Assembly: GCA_951406725.2 (NCBI GenBank)
Contig: OX597838.1
Location: forward strand, 23,188,001-23,252,000
Length of the DNA stretch: 64,000 nt
Source of the DNA: Octopus vulgaris
Lineage: Eukaryota
Direction of reading: 5' to 3'
Positions 1 through 13,209 of this stretch are shown here, piece after piece. The notes beneath the pieces are model-generated. The model did not search any database, was not told the DNA's origin, and saw nothing but the letters and a program-made list of their open reading frames with translations. The stretch's first letter is position 1. Every line of letters begins with the position of its first letter. A program made the translations under genes and the position numbers.

Positions 1-13
1 GAATGAATTAAAT

Positions 14-56
<43 letters not shown>

Positions 57-99
57 TTATATATATAGATAGGTAGGCAGATAGAGAAAGAGAGAGAGA

Positions 100-409
100 G
101 AGATTTGTTGACTGAGCGGATTCACGCAGTGGTATAACGCACGCACACACACCCATGCATTAACCGAAGCCGTCAACAGGTTTTGTGAATGTCGTAAAAC
201 GGCAAGTCTTGCTTTTTCTCTTTCTCTCTCCGCCCTCGCCTCACTCTCTCTCTCTCTCACATACACTCACACTTGTACTCATGCATAAGTACATGTATAT
301 AACGGAATATGTAGGAACGAAATGTATTCTGTAATAAAAAAAGAAAAACGAAACGAAATTTTATTTTAAGATGTAGGATCGTTGTTTATATACACACCCA
401 CCTCTATCC

Positions 410-464
<55 letters not shown>

Positions 465-1241
465 GTATGAAAACTTACACATTATATATATATATATATA
501 TATATATATAATGTATGAAAACTTACACATTATATAATACATTACCTAGAGATTCTTTTAAATTTTATTCCACAATTCCTGTTATATTTGTGGGTTTGTT
601 TTGTGTAAAAGATCCGCCTCTTCTACCTTCTTTCACTACATATATTTACATCTTTCTTTGGTAGGGGGTGGGATTGGAAGGAAAAGCAAAAAGAGAAAGA
701 GAGAGAAAGGGCGAGAGGAACCACCTCCCGTATGTACACACACATATAAATAAAAAGATTATATATAATTTGTTCTTCATCGTCTCTATTCATTTATCCG
801 TCTGGATTTTATTATATTGTTGTCCTTACCTTTTTTTTTAATTTTCCGAAGCCTCTGTGTGTGTGTATGTGTTTATGTAAGTGTATGAGTGTGTATCTGT
901 GTCAATGTACGCGTGCTTGTGTGTGTATATATATATATATAAATATATACAAGCGCGTGTGTTTGTGTATGTGTGTGTGTGTGTATAATTGCGTGTGAGT
1001 GTGAGAGTGTGTATGTATGTGTGTGTGTGAGAGTGTGTATGTATGTGAGTGTGTGTGTCTACGTTAAGCGTATGTACGCACGCGTATCTGTGTGTTTTTT
1101 TTACGACAGTCGACAGCCGGTACTAAGCGGGGTTCCTTCCTTCCTCCCGTGTGTGTGTGTGTGTGTGTTGTTTGCACCAGTTTTTCTGTTTTTGTTTGAC
1201 GCTGATGGCGTTGGTAGGTCGTCAGATTTGGCACCTCTGAC
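100..1241 (+). promoter_or_regulatory. Possible promoter/5'UTR region of ANKRD13
   Basis: Relatively CpG-retaining unique sequence (100-260, 1060-1240) directly upstream of the ATG. The TSS cannot be located from sequence alone. Confidence 0.3.
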
Positions 1242-1376
1242 ATGTCTACAAGCAAAACGACAACAACGATATCAAGAAACTACACCAGCAGTGATATCGA
1301 GAAGGACTACCCTCTACACTGGCTCGTCTGGACCAATAACTACCAGGAGCTAGAAAAGGAGCTAAGTAAAAGTACG
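1242..1376 (+). CDS. ANKRD13: First coding exon (45 aa) of an ankyrin repeat domain-containing protein 13 family gene; ends at a phase-0 GT donor
   Basis: MSTSKTTTTISRNYTSSDIEKDYPLHWLVWTNNYQELEKELSKST matches the ANKRD13 N-terminal motif (Y/F)PLHxLVWxNxxxELExxL. It is followed by ACG|GTGAGT at 1376/1377, and the ORF read-through past the donor is not ANKRD13-like. The paralog (A/B/D) cannot be assigned. Confidence 0.85.
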
Positions 1377-1584
1377 GTGAGTGAGTTTTCGTTCGGCTTT
1401 TTTCGCCGTGTTCCATTCACTTTTCCACTCTTTTTTACGATGAGACGACGACACGGTCACACACTTCTTGTTGCTCGAAATGTGTGTGTCTATAATAAAT
1501 ATATATATATATATATGTAATGCCTACAGGTATGTATATTCTATGCATGGATGGAGGAATGAATGTGTGTCTGCTCTTACCTGT

Positions 1585-1613
1585 ATATATATATACATAT
1601 ATATATGTATATG

Positions 1614-1644
<31 letters not shown>

Positions 1645-1659
1645 GTATATATATGTATG

Positions 1660-1696
<37 letters not shown>

Positions 1697-1703
1697 GTGT
1701 ATG

Positions 1704-1769
<66 letters not shown>

Positions 1770-1785
1770 TGTATGTATATGTATG

Positions 1786-1818
<33 letters not shown>

Positions 1819-1825
1819 GTATATG

Positions 1826-1856
<31 letters not shown>

Positions 1857-2220
1857 GTATATGTAAGTATATATGTATATATATGTATATGTAAGTATAT
1901 ATGTATATATATGTATATGTAAGTATATATGTATATGTAAGTATATATGTATATATATGTATATGTAAGTATATATGTATATGTAAGTATATATGTATAT
2001 GTAAGTATATATGTATATATATGTATATGTAAGTATATATGTATATATATGTATATGTAAGTATATATGTATATATATGTATTTGTAAGTATATATGTAT
2101 GTATGTATATATGTGTATATATATGTATGTATATGTATGTATATATATATGTGTATGTATATGTATGTATATATATATGTATGTATATATGTATATATAT
2201 GTATGTGTATGTATGTATAA
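1585..2220. repeat. Compound (TA)/(TATG) microsatellite
   Basis: Directly visible. Confidence 0.95.
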
Positions 2221-3006
2221 ACTCCTTATAATGTATGTATATTTAATGACAGATTTTCTTGCCTGTTTAGCCAGCAGTTGACATCATTTGAAAACTAAGA
2301 ACTAAAACAAAGCGAGGAATCGCATTGTGACCAGCGGTGTATAATGCCTGATATTCTGATCATTACATTAATATAGTGATAGCTATAGCTATGAATACCT
2401 ATCTGTCTACCTATGTGTCATTATACATACATACATTGGTATGTATGTCTTTCTGCCTGAGAGAGACTTTCTACACACCCACAGTTCCTGTGTGTATGCA
2501 CATATGTATGCGATTGTGTTTCATTTAGTAACGATAGCAGCGGTACACTTCAGGTATAACAGCATTAGTAAAAGAAAATTTCAGCCCGTACACATCTCGT
2601 TAATGTATTGAGTTCTTCGTGGATAGCCACGACTGTCAGAACGTACTCAATACATTTCTGATGTGTCGAATTAGTTATATGGCAAACGGTATCGTTGATC
2701 CTCGTTAATAAAAGAAATTAGATCACATAATATAGATAGATGTACCATGTGTGGACTATATAGGTGTTGTGTGTTATCTCTCCTCCGTGTGTATGTGTGT
2801 GTCTGTGTGTGTTAATGTTTTATATACCGTAGCACCCATCAGATGATATTGTAACAGAAGAGCCTCTTAAACAGAATATTAGTGTCATATATGAAATGTA
2901 CACACACGTAACTATAGTTATTAAAATATATTATCAAAACGGATAACGACTAACTACATTTATAGAGAAAATATTTCAGCCCAACTTTCTGGTAATATAT
3001 GATTAC

Positions 3007-3076
<70 letters not shown>

Positions 3077-3398
3077 GGAGAGAAAGACAGAGAGGGTGTG
3101 TGTATATGGTATAATATCTTTCAATCTTCCTGATTGTATATGTGTGTGTACGTATTATTCACTGCTGTATGTATGTATATTTATGTGTATCGTGTATGTC
3201 TGTGTATGTATGAGTGATTATGTATTATATAGTGTGTATAAATTATGTTTGAAGGGAAGTGTTACAAGGAAAAGTCAAATAAAAAATAAAATGACCGGAT
3301 TTTTGTTACAATATTCTGTTTCGGTTTCCCGCACTCCTTCAGCTGATTGTACTACATTATCTTTTCATTATACATACATCCATACATATATATGTATG

Positions 3399-3458
<60 letters not shown>

Positions 3459-5208
3459 TTTGTCTATCTAGTTGTCTGTCTGTCTGTCTACACAAAGTAT
3501 GTGTGTATAAATATATTTGTATGTGAGTGTATATATATACTTATGTGTGTATATATATGTGTATGTGTGTATATATATGTATTTGTGTACACGTGTGTGT
3601 GTATATATACACGTGTTTGTGTGTGTATATATACACGTGTGTGTATATTTGTGTGTATGTATATAGATGTGATATATGTGTACGTGTGTGTAAATGTATA
3701 TACATATAAACACACACGTATCTGTCTGTCTGTCTGCCTATCTATCTATCCAACCATCCATCCATGTATGTATACATATATATAATTTAGTTGTAACAAG
3801 GATCGAAACAGGCTGAAAGAATTGTCCTACCAAGTCCCCAAACCTTGGAAAGAGGGGAAAACAGAGAGTAGAGTTACCCATATTTCTATAGTATTTCTGT
3901 TTCATACAAAGGAAATCAGAATTCTTTAAAATATTCTGGTTTTCAAAGAATTTCAGTTTTTAACCCTTTCTCTCCCTTTCGTGCCCTTTTCCTCTTCTTT
4001 CCCATGAGGTGTGGCACACTGAGGGACAGTTTTACCAAAAACTCCACCCTTGTCTTTTTTTTTTTTTTTTTTGGAAAGCATTCGCTAAGTACGAATAGCT
4101 GTGTAGTTAAGTAACTCGCTTCGTATCCTTGTGGTTGTGAGTTCTAGCCCGCTATACGACACATGGGTCGAGACAAATATTTTTCTGCGGTAATTTCTGG
4201 TTGACTAACATCTTGTGATTGGTATTTGATATACTGAAGGTGTATGCATAACCAGTACCTTTGTTTCACGGTTCAATTAAAAAGAAAAAAAAATGAATGA
4301 CTGCACCCAGGGATTGAAACCGTGAACCATCATCTTTAACTCGCCACACTCTCTCTGTTATATTAAGTTGGAAATAGATAAAAATATAACAGAAAATTAT
4401 ACTTTATTCCTTCTCCCTATTTTTTTTTTTATTCAACTGGGATTCGATCTCGGTTTCGTTTCTCACAGTCTCACATACGCACGGTGTCAGAAATACTGTC
4501 GTCACATTTCTCTCTCTCTGTATCCTCTTTGTTGACCTCAGTTTAATTGTTTGTTAATTAGTCCAGCTACCTATGTCTACCAACCATATATTTATCTATC
4601 TACCATCCTCTCTCTTTGTTATCCTATTTATCTATCTGTCTGTCTCCCTCCCTCACTCCCGCCCTCCCAGCCAGTCATGGAACTTTGGTCAGGCTCTGTT
4701 ACAGTGTCCCATTTTCATTATACGTTCTTATTTCTTAGACTGCATTTGTCAACTCAGTGATTTTTGACCTCAGGTCGTGTGTTGGCATTAAAAGAATTAA
4801 ATCACGTGTTCTCATATTAGTAATTAAAACACCCTCCTTATATTTTGATGGTAGGAGACCTCATTCAGAAAGTTTCCAGAGAAGGTGTCCTAACCTTGAA
4901 GAAGTGAAATATATGGGGTAAAAATATAACCTATTGACCTGTATTATTTCTTACAATTTGTATTTTAGACACTCCCCCCCCCCACGCATATATATATATA
5001 TGCGCTTGGCTTAGATTTTTCTTTGGGGCTGGCCAGATCGGAGCAATCTCAAGATTAATCAGCTGAAATTGCGAGGATGATCCGGTTCTTGACTGAAGAT
5101 TGAAGGCTTCGAATGTCCCGTCCGTGTTTTTTGTATCGTCTTCTAAATGCTTTGCGTTCTTGTCCCAGTTTGTATTTTTTTTACATATATATATATACAT
5201 ATATATAT

Positions 5209-5595
5209 GCGCGCTGGAGTGTAAGTAGCTTGCTTACCAACCACATGGTTCCGGGTTCAGTCCCACTGCGTGGCACTTTGGGCAAGTATCTTCTACTATA
5301 GCCTTGGGCAGACCAAAGCCTTGTGAGTGGATTTGGTAGAGAGAAACTGAAAGAAGCCTATCGTGTATGTATATATATATATATATATGTGTGTGTGTTT
5401 GCGTGCCTGTTTGTTCCCCCATCATCGCTTGACAACTGATGTTGGTGTGTTTACGTCTCCGTAACTTGGTGGTTTGGCAAAAGAGACCGATAGAATAAAT
5501 ACTAGGCTTACAAAGCATAAGTCCTAGGGTCGATATGCTCAACTAAAGGCGGTGCTCCAGCATGGCCACAGTCAAATGACTGAAACAAAGAAAGG
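5209..5595 (+). mobile_element. tRNA-derived SINE, family A (GGAGTGGCTGTGTGGTAAG...internal microsatellite...GACTGAAACAAG)
   Basis: More than 20 related copies in the window. The head has A/B-box-like motifs (GGTTCAGTCCC). Confidence 0.85.
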
Positions 5596-5664
5596 AATAC
5601 ATAAAAGTTGTCTAAAAATCCAAAAGTTAGGAAAAAGATGCACTCGTATATCTGTCGATAGAGT

Positions 5665-5866
5665 GGGTATATTATCCAAAGTGTACAGCATTATATATCC
5701 ATTGCAGCTGAACTTACCAAGCAGTTTCGCAGTAGGAGTACGACGGAGTGTTAGATAATTGGATTGTTACCTAACACTCCGTCATACCCCTAGTGCCAAC
5801 CGATTGGTAAAATTTGCCGTGATGGATATATATATACAATAATACTGTACACTTTGGATAATACCC
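5665..5866. repeat. Fold-back inverted repeat of about 200 bp
   Basis: GGGTATATTATCCAAAGTGTACAG...GACGGAGTGTTAG pairs with CTAACACTCCGTC...CTGTACACTTTGGATAATACCC. Confidence 0.85.
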
Positions 5867-6049
5867 AGTAAATCATCTATCCGAAAGAGAAGCACCTTCT
5901 GTTAGTTATAGAGCAGTAGAGTGTTTAGAGAAAGTCAGTTATGACCGACACACGTGTGTAAAGCTAAGCACTTTATGGATGCAAAACTCTGCGAAGCCCA
6001 ATGGACCGATCATAACTAATTTTCTCTCTCTCTCTATATATATATATAT

Positions 6050-6216
6050 ATTTTTCTCTCCTCGTTTCTCTCCATGTTTTTTTCTGTGTCCCTTTCTGTA
6101 GAAGAGCGTAGGCTTGAAACGTTAAAGACTTTTTCAATTCCTGAGCGTTATACTAATACATCTGTTTGTTTTCTACACCACCTGTCTTTGTCTTTTGTTT
6201 TTTTCGTGAACTCTCC

Positions 6217-6220
<4 letters not shown>
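6050..6220 (+). mobile_element. Short Penelope-like pLTR-type element in (TA)n; HHR motif at 6092-6127 (core CTGTAGA)
   Basis: cttt CTGTAGA a gagc gtag gctt GAAAC GTT aaag; flanked by (TA)n. Confidence 0.65.
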
Positions 6221-6264
<44 letters not shown>

Positions 6265-6354
6265 GTTTAAATTTATAGAAAAACAAAAGACAAAGACAAG
6301 TGTATGAACAACAAGCAGGTGTGTTAGTTTGACGCTCGGGGAAAACGAAAAGGT

Positions 6355-6390
6355 CTTTTACGTTTCGGGCCTACCATCTTCATCAGAAAG
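6355..6390 (-). ncRNA. Minimal hammerhead motif with canonical core and damaged stem II, in element 6262-6445
   Basis: Minus strand reads cttt CTGATGA a gatggtaggccc GAAAC GTA aaag. Confidence 0.65.
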
Positions 6391-6759
6391 GAATAAGAGA
6401 AAATAAACAGAGAGAAAATTTTAAAAACTTGTAGATTTAGTCGTCAAATATATATATATATATATATATATAAATGTACATTAGCAAGACCTACAAATCT
6501 TTCAATTCATTGCTTATATATATATATACACATACGTACGTACATACAAACATAGCAGTTTCAGTATTCATTATAATTGTTTTGGATTTACCCTTCCAAA
6601 TATATTCATAATTCATTTAAGCGGACCCAGGATTTACCCATCGTATGAATTACTGTAGGATTGCTCACCATAAGTAATTCTGGGTGCTCCTTACTATTTG
6701 ATGCAGTTAACCTGAACTCAAACTATACCTGAGTGCTCGTATGGTACCCACCTGGATAA

Positions 6760-7000
6760 TTTTAGGAATATCATACAGAGATCGTGTCACAAATGAGGAA
6801 GTGAAGAGAAGAATAAGGCAGGCATTGGGGCCATGTCAGGAACTTCTTACCACAATAAAGAAACGCAAGTTCAGGTGGTTTGGGCATGTCACCCACTCAT
6901 CAGTGATGAACAAAACAATCCTTCAGGGAGTAGTCAAAGGTGGCAGGCGCAGACGAAGAAAGAGGTGGGAAAATAACATCTGTGAGTGGACGGGTGGAAG
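6760..7000 (+). mobile_element. RTE-clade LINE 3' fragment
   Basis: ILGISYRDRVTNEEV...KKRKFRWFGHVTH...ILQGVVKGGRRRRRKRWENNI. Confidence 0.85.
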
Positions 7001-7991
7001 GATCTGGACCCAAAGTCATCACCCGCGGGATATGTAATGTAACTTATCACACACACTCACACGTGTATATTTGCATACCCTACCATCCATTAGTGTAAAT
7101 GATTTTTGTTTTTTTTTGTGAAGTGTTATGTGAGTTATATTGTGGAAATTTTATAACCAGAAATATGTCGATCATGGTTGATTAACAGGGCTGAGTAATT
7201 GAAAATGTGGCTTTGCTGTTGAACAACATAAAGTACCAGTCGAATACTAGAATCAGTTTTAAATATTTCTTAAAACCGGAATAGGCAAGATTTTTTGGGG
7301 AGTGAACTACATAAAACACAGCTCAACATCTGGTTGGTCGAGATGTGCCATTCAGAGAATCTCGTGGGCTGCAGTTTGCCTACAACTGCTCTTAAGCACT
7401 TGTCTGCCAGTCGAATTATCATAGAAGACTTTGTTCTGTGTCATCCTCTCAAATTTGTTTTTGACCTTGTGCCTATAACAAGTGGCAGATGGCACTATTG
7501 TGCAAGCAGTGAATGAAGTACCTGGGGTAGAATTTCATTCTCTGTGTTTCACTCCAATACACATGACTTTTGTGTTCCTGTGATAATAAATACCATAATC
7601 CTCATTTATATATATATATATATATGACTGAGAGAACCATTGAAGTTTTGGAGAAAATGCTTTTGTTTTTCCATTCTTGGTTTAAATCCCTCCAAGATTA
7701 ACTTTTGTCTTTCATCCCCTTGAACTTGACAAAATAAAGTACCAGTCATAGACTGGGGCTGTTTCCTTCCACTGATATCAACCCCTAAAAATTGTTTTGT
7801 GCCTTAAACCTTTCTCTATCCAAAGCATTTTGATAAGTTTGTCCTAGATAGCCATGCTTGTTTTCACACATTTAATTAGCATTTGTTTCCTACATTCTGA
7901 ATAACTGCAAGCTTTCCTTTCATAAGAACCAAGGAAATATGTTCTGTGTATCAACGGTTAATCCAGAATGAATTACAGATATTTATAGGTA

Positions 7992-8194
7992 GGGCAAAGG
8001 TGGCGAGCTGGGCAAAATGCTTAGTGGCATTTCGTCTGTCTGTATGTTCTGAGTTCAAATTCCACCGAGGTCGATTTTGCCTTTCATCTTTTCTGAGGTT
8101 GATAAAATAACTACCAGTTGAGCACCGGGGGTCGACGTAATCGACTTTGCCCCTCCCCTCAAAATTGTTAGCCCTGTGCCAAAATTTGATGCCA
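7992..8194 (+). mobile_element. tRNA-derived SINE, family B, with 13-bp TSD
   Basis: GGTGGCGAGCTGG...GAGTTCAAATTCC head; ATATTTATAGGTA repeated at 7979-7991 and 8195-8207. Confidence 0.85.
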
Positions 8195-8214
8195 ATATTT
8201 ATAGGTAAGTAAGG

Positions 8215-9760
8215 CGGTGCATCATCATCCATTCGAACACATTTCTCTCCTGTGACATCACAATTTTCTCTCACACACTGTCTTGCAATCCGAAATACCT
8301 CAGTTCTTTGGTCCTCACGTCTCTGGACATTGGCAAACTTCTTCTTTTCTGCTTCACTCTTGGCTATGTATACCTGCTGCACAGCCTCCCTTCTGGCTAC
8401 CTGGTACCGTTCCCTGCTACCACCATCCTTCCAGGCTTTCCAGGCCTATTTCTTTGCCCTAACGGCTTTGTCTACTGTTCTATTCCACCACCATGTAACT
8501 CTGGGTCTGTAAGGGACTTCGTACCATCCACAGACCTACCTTCTATGTCCGACATCTGTAACTCCTCCTCCCTCTCATCAGATTTCTTGATGAGGATGTC
8601 CCTAAATCTCTGACCGTGTGAAGGGTTCTTTAGCTTCCAAATCCTTCTTTTCTGGATTGGTTTGCTTCTAGGTATCCTTCTGGCCTCGAGCCTAAAGTCA
8701 ATAATGACTAACCAATGCTGGGGGGTACATTCTTCACCTGGGAGGGTCTTTGTATTTAAGAGCAACCCTGCATCCTGCTGTCTGGTGAGGATGAAATCAA
8801 TCTGGCTAGCAGAGTCCCCTGATTGATAGGTTATAAGGTGGCTGTCTGGCTTCCTGAAGTTAGCGTTGCAGATTAAAAGGTTACATGCATCACAGAATTC
8901 CAGTAGCCTAGTCCCCTCATCGTTTTGGGTGCCAATACCATGGCCACTGTGTACCCCAGTGAAGATACCAGATTCCCCCCCCAACATGCCCATTAAAGTC
9001 TCCAGCTACAAAGATGAGGTCATTTCCACTCGTCTTTGAGGTAGACTGCAGAAGGGTATCGTAAAAGTGGTCCTTCTGATCATTTGGTAGCCCCGCATGT
9101 GGGGCGTAGGTGGAGATAATTGTAGCTGTGCTGTTCTGTAGGACTAGCCTGAGCTTAAGCAACCTATCGCATACCCTGACAACCTCTATGACCTTATCCA
9201 CCCATTTCTCCGCAAGGAGTATGCCAACACCCCCTACACCATCCATGTTACCTTGCCAGAAGACTTTATACCTATGTGCCTTGCCTGTGAGGACCCTAGC
9301 TGAAGCTCCTCTCCATCTTACCTTTTGTATGCAGCATACATCAACCTGTCTCCTTTCACGCATCTCTACAATCTCACTATACCTACCTTTCAGTGTGCCA
9401 ACATTGACAGTGCCAACTCTGAAAACTGGGGAGGTAATATGGGGTGAGGTTTGGGGAGGAGGGATGTTATTCAGCGCCTGAAAAGGAGAGGGTTGTTGTG
9501 TTCATTTTTTAGGCATGCTTCGTTGATCTCTCTTCCGACCTGACAACATTCAAGTGTTTAAGCATGTTAAATTGCCGCTCCTACTGGATGTAGGAGCCGG
9601 TGTTAGCAGCGTTGTAAGCATAAGCGTTAAGGTTATTGAATGAAGTAGATTTTAGCGGTGTCGCAGAAATATGGATATTCCAGCTGAAAGCTGGTTGCAT
9701 TTGTCCAAGTATAGGGGGGATTGTAGGTATGTGGAGGGTTCCACCAGCGAGGAGAGGTTC
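8215..9760 (-). mobile_element. RTE-clade LINE 5' part: probable 5'UTR plus frameshifted APE endonuclease domain; RT absent
   Basis: VGTVNVGTLKGR, DVCCIQKVRW, GVGILL, ISTYAP, VAGDFNGHVG, SQIDFILTR motifs across ORFs 8917-9363, 8472-8993 and 7951-8382. Confidence 0.9.
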
Positions 9761-10757
9761 GTGTATATATGTGTATGTATATGTGTGGTGTATATATGTA
9801 TATATATGTGTGTGTCTGTATATATGGATGTGTATATGTGTGTGTGTATATAGATGTATGTGTGTATATATATATGTGTGTGTGTGTATATATGTATGTA
9901 TATGTATGTGTGTATATATATATATATATATATGTGTGTGTATATATGTATGTATGTATATGTATGTATGTATATATATGTATGTATGTATATATATGTA
10001 TGTATGTATATATATGTATATATGTATGTACATATATGTATGTGTGTATATATGTATGTATATGTGTATATATATATGTATGTGTGTATATATGTGTGTA
10101 TATATGTATGTGTGTATATGTATGTATATATGTATATATGTGTATATATATATGTATGTGTGTATATATGTGTGTATATATGTGTGTATATATGTATGTG
10201 TGTATATGTATGTATATATGTATATGTGTGTGTATATGTATGTATATGTATATGTGTGTGTATATGTATGTATATATACATATGTGTGTATATGTATGTA
10301 TATATATATGTATGTGTGTGTATATGTATGTATATATATATGTATGTGTGTGTATATGTATGTATATATATATGTATGTGTGTGTATATGTATGTATATA
10401 TATGTATATGTGTGAATATGTATGTGTATGTTTGTGTATATGTATGTATATATATATATGTATGCATGTATATATGTGTGTATGTGTATGTGTATATATG
10501 TGTGTGTATGTGTATATATGTGTGTGTATGTATATATGTCTGTGTATATATTTATGTATGTGTATATATATGTTTATGTATGTGTGTATATATGTGTGTA
10601 TGTATACATGCACGTATGTTTATGTATGTCTGTATGTACATGTATATATGTGTATGTATAAATGTATATATGTATGTGTATATATATATATGTTTATAAT
10701 GTATGCTTATGTGTGTGTGTGTATATATATATATGTGTGTGTGTGTATGTATGTATG
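9761..10757. repeat. Compound (TG)/(TA) microsatellite, about 1 kb
   Basis: Directly visible. Confidence 0.95.
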
Positions 10758-11289
10758 AAAGATATTTTTGAAGAATTTTAATAAAAACCATTTGATATTT
10801 GAAAGAAATATTACTCTGTGTAAATATATTCACAACTTAGAAATTTTTTTTTCATTTACACTTTATGAAATATTTCAAATATTGGAGAATTTTTTTCTTT
10901 TCTTTTTGCAACTCTTTTAGAATTCTACAGCAAATGATAAGTGGGAATTGATTTTCTCTTGGTAGTCGTTCGAGCTGCTAAAAATAACGGCCAAATGTGT
11001 CTTCGAACACACCTCTTACTGTCTGCGAAAATGAGAAGGACACATTTTATGTAGTCGTAGGGATCCTTAAAAAGACAGGATTTGCCTTACTGGAATGCTT
11101 TTTTGTTCGTAGGATCTTAGTCAATCGTGGATGATGAACCGAGGAAGCTAAACAATTTAGCAACCTCAGTTCCAATCAAATCAGCTCTGATCGCACAGAC
11201 CTTACAATCGTAGATGTTCCAGGCGTGACCACTCCCTTTTATTCAGTTATTCACACGAGATTCTTCTAGAAGTAACATTACCCTATGCG

Positions 11290-11485
11290 TCATCCCATTT
11301 TTATTTTTATTTTTTTACGACAATGAGGTGTGACTCGAGGGAGATTTCACTGCTTTTCTAAAGGGACCGCATAACAAGATGGTTCTAGAACTGCCATCGC
11401 CCTCTGTATCATTCCATTTCTTTTTTTACGACAGTGAGGTGTGATTCGAGGGAGATTTTGCTGCTCTTTCTAGAGGGACCGCGTA
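11290..11485. repeat. Two-copy direct repeat, period about 117 bp
   Basis: TTTTACGACA(A/G)TGAGGTGTGA(C/T)TCGAGGGAGATTT...AGGGACCGC occurs twice. Confidence 0.8.
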
Positions 11486-12413
11486 TCGTATATTTGGTGC
11501 TTGTTTCATGTAGAAAGACAGACCTACGGCGACTGGTGGTGCTTGAACAGGTCAACACGAGCGTAATTTTAGTATAAAATTTCGCAAACACACACTCACA
11601 CATACAGCTCACCATCCACCTATCTTCCAACCATTCTCTGTCTCTCTCTCACTTTTGCCTTTTCACACATTGTACATAGTTCAATCATTCATTCATTTGT
11701 TTTCTCTATATCTCTATACGTACACACGTATCGAACATTCAGTTTACATAACTGTTCTGGCACACACGCACACATATATAAACACACACATATATTTGTT
11801 CACGTATATACATTGATGTAACGATCTACCACCTCTCTCTCTCGCACACACACACACGTACACACGCGTCTACCTGCTTGACTCTCTTTTGTCGAAGGAC
11901 TCGTATACCCCACACAATTATGTACACTGTACTTATCGCATCCTGTTGGGGACCCGCCCAATAGCTCTGACTGGGTTAGCTACAGGGATGGGAGAAGCTG
12001 GTAATGATGTTACACACACACACACACACGTGCACACACATGTTTTGTATTTTGTGCGCATAGTACGTATAGAGGTAAATCTAGAATCATGCCAAATCCG
12101 CGATGCGGTTTCGATTTCCGGTTACACTTTCCGTTTTATATATACACTCATTGATGTACTTAAGGAACTCAGAGAATGTCTTGTAATCTTATCCCCGCCC
12201 CGCCTTTCTATTTCTTCCCACATTTCTGACTAATACACACTCACACACACACATACACACATACATACGTACATACATACATGTGAGTAATATCGTAATA
12301 ATTATATTAGTAATATATTTATTTATATATATGTGTGTGTATGTTTGTGTACAATCACATTCTGGAAGCTACCGAGCTGATGATCACGATTGACGTGCCC
12401 CTAACCAACTGAT

Positions 12414-12469
<56 letters not shown>

Positions 12470-12908
12470 TACACACATGTATATGCGTACACGCGCTCTC
12501 AACTCCCTCCCACACTGCTGATTACCTTCTCTTGTTGTCTAGCTCCGAAAATAGATTTCACACACACACGCATACTCACATACATACACACACTCACATA
12601 CATACACACACACACATAACCGCGTGCGCACCCACACGTCTTACTAATCGTTCAGTTTCCAAACACTTCCCGCTCCTTCACCTCCGCATTTTACACACCC
12701 TCGCTAATGAAGAAGCAACTTTGCCTCCGACCTCTACTCACCTTATGACGAAGGTGACGGAAAGCAATCGGTGGTGGTGGTGGAGGTGGGGGGAAGGGGG
12801 GAAGGCATTGCTGTATATTTTTAAGAGTTTTATGTGCCTTCTTTCACGTTCCGTGTTCAAATCCCGTCGCTGTTAAAGCTTTCTTCCTTTGATCGATAAA
12901 ATAACGTA

Positions 12909-13176
12909 CAGGTTATATACCTCAACTTACATCGTTTCGAGTTACGTCGTTTTTTTTACTTTACACACTCTTTTCTTCTCTTTTACTTGTTTCAGTCATT
13001 TTGACTGCGGCCATGCTGGAGCACCGCCTTTAGTCGAGCAAATCGACCCCGACCCCGGGACTTATTCTTTTGTAAGCCCAGTACTTATTCTATCGGTCTC
13101 TTTCTTTTGCCGAACCGCTAAGTGACGGGGACGTAAACACACCAGCATCGGTTGTCAAGCAATGCTAGAGGGACAA

Positions 13177-13209
<33 letters not shown>

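Noticed and set aside
1377-1520. C-terminal extension of ORF 1242-1520
   Set aside because: Read-through past a consensus splice donor into intron sequence
9735-9760. HDV-like ribozyme at the RTE 5' end (minus-strand CTCCTCGCTGG resembles the HDV L3/P3 sequence)
   Set aside because: No P1, P2 or P3 partner strands could be found, and the sequence runs into a microsatellite upstream
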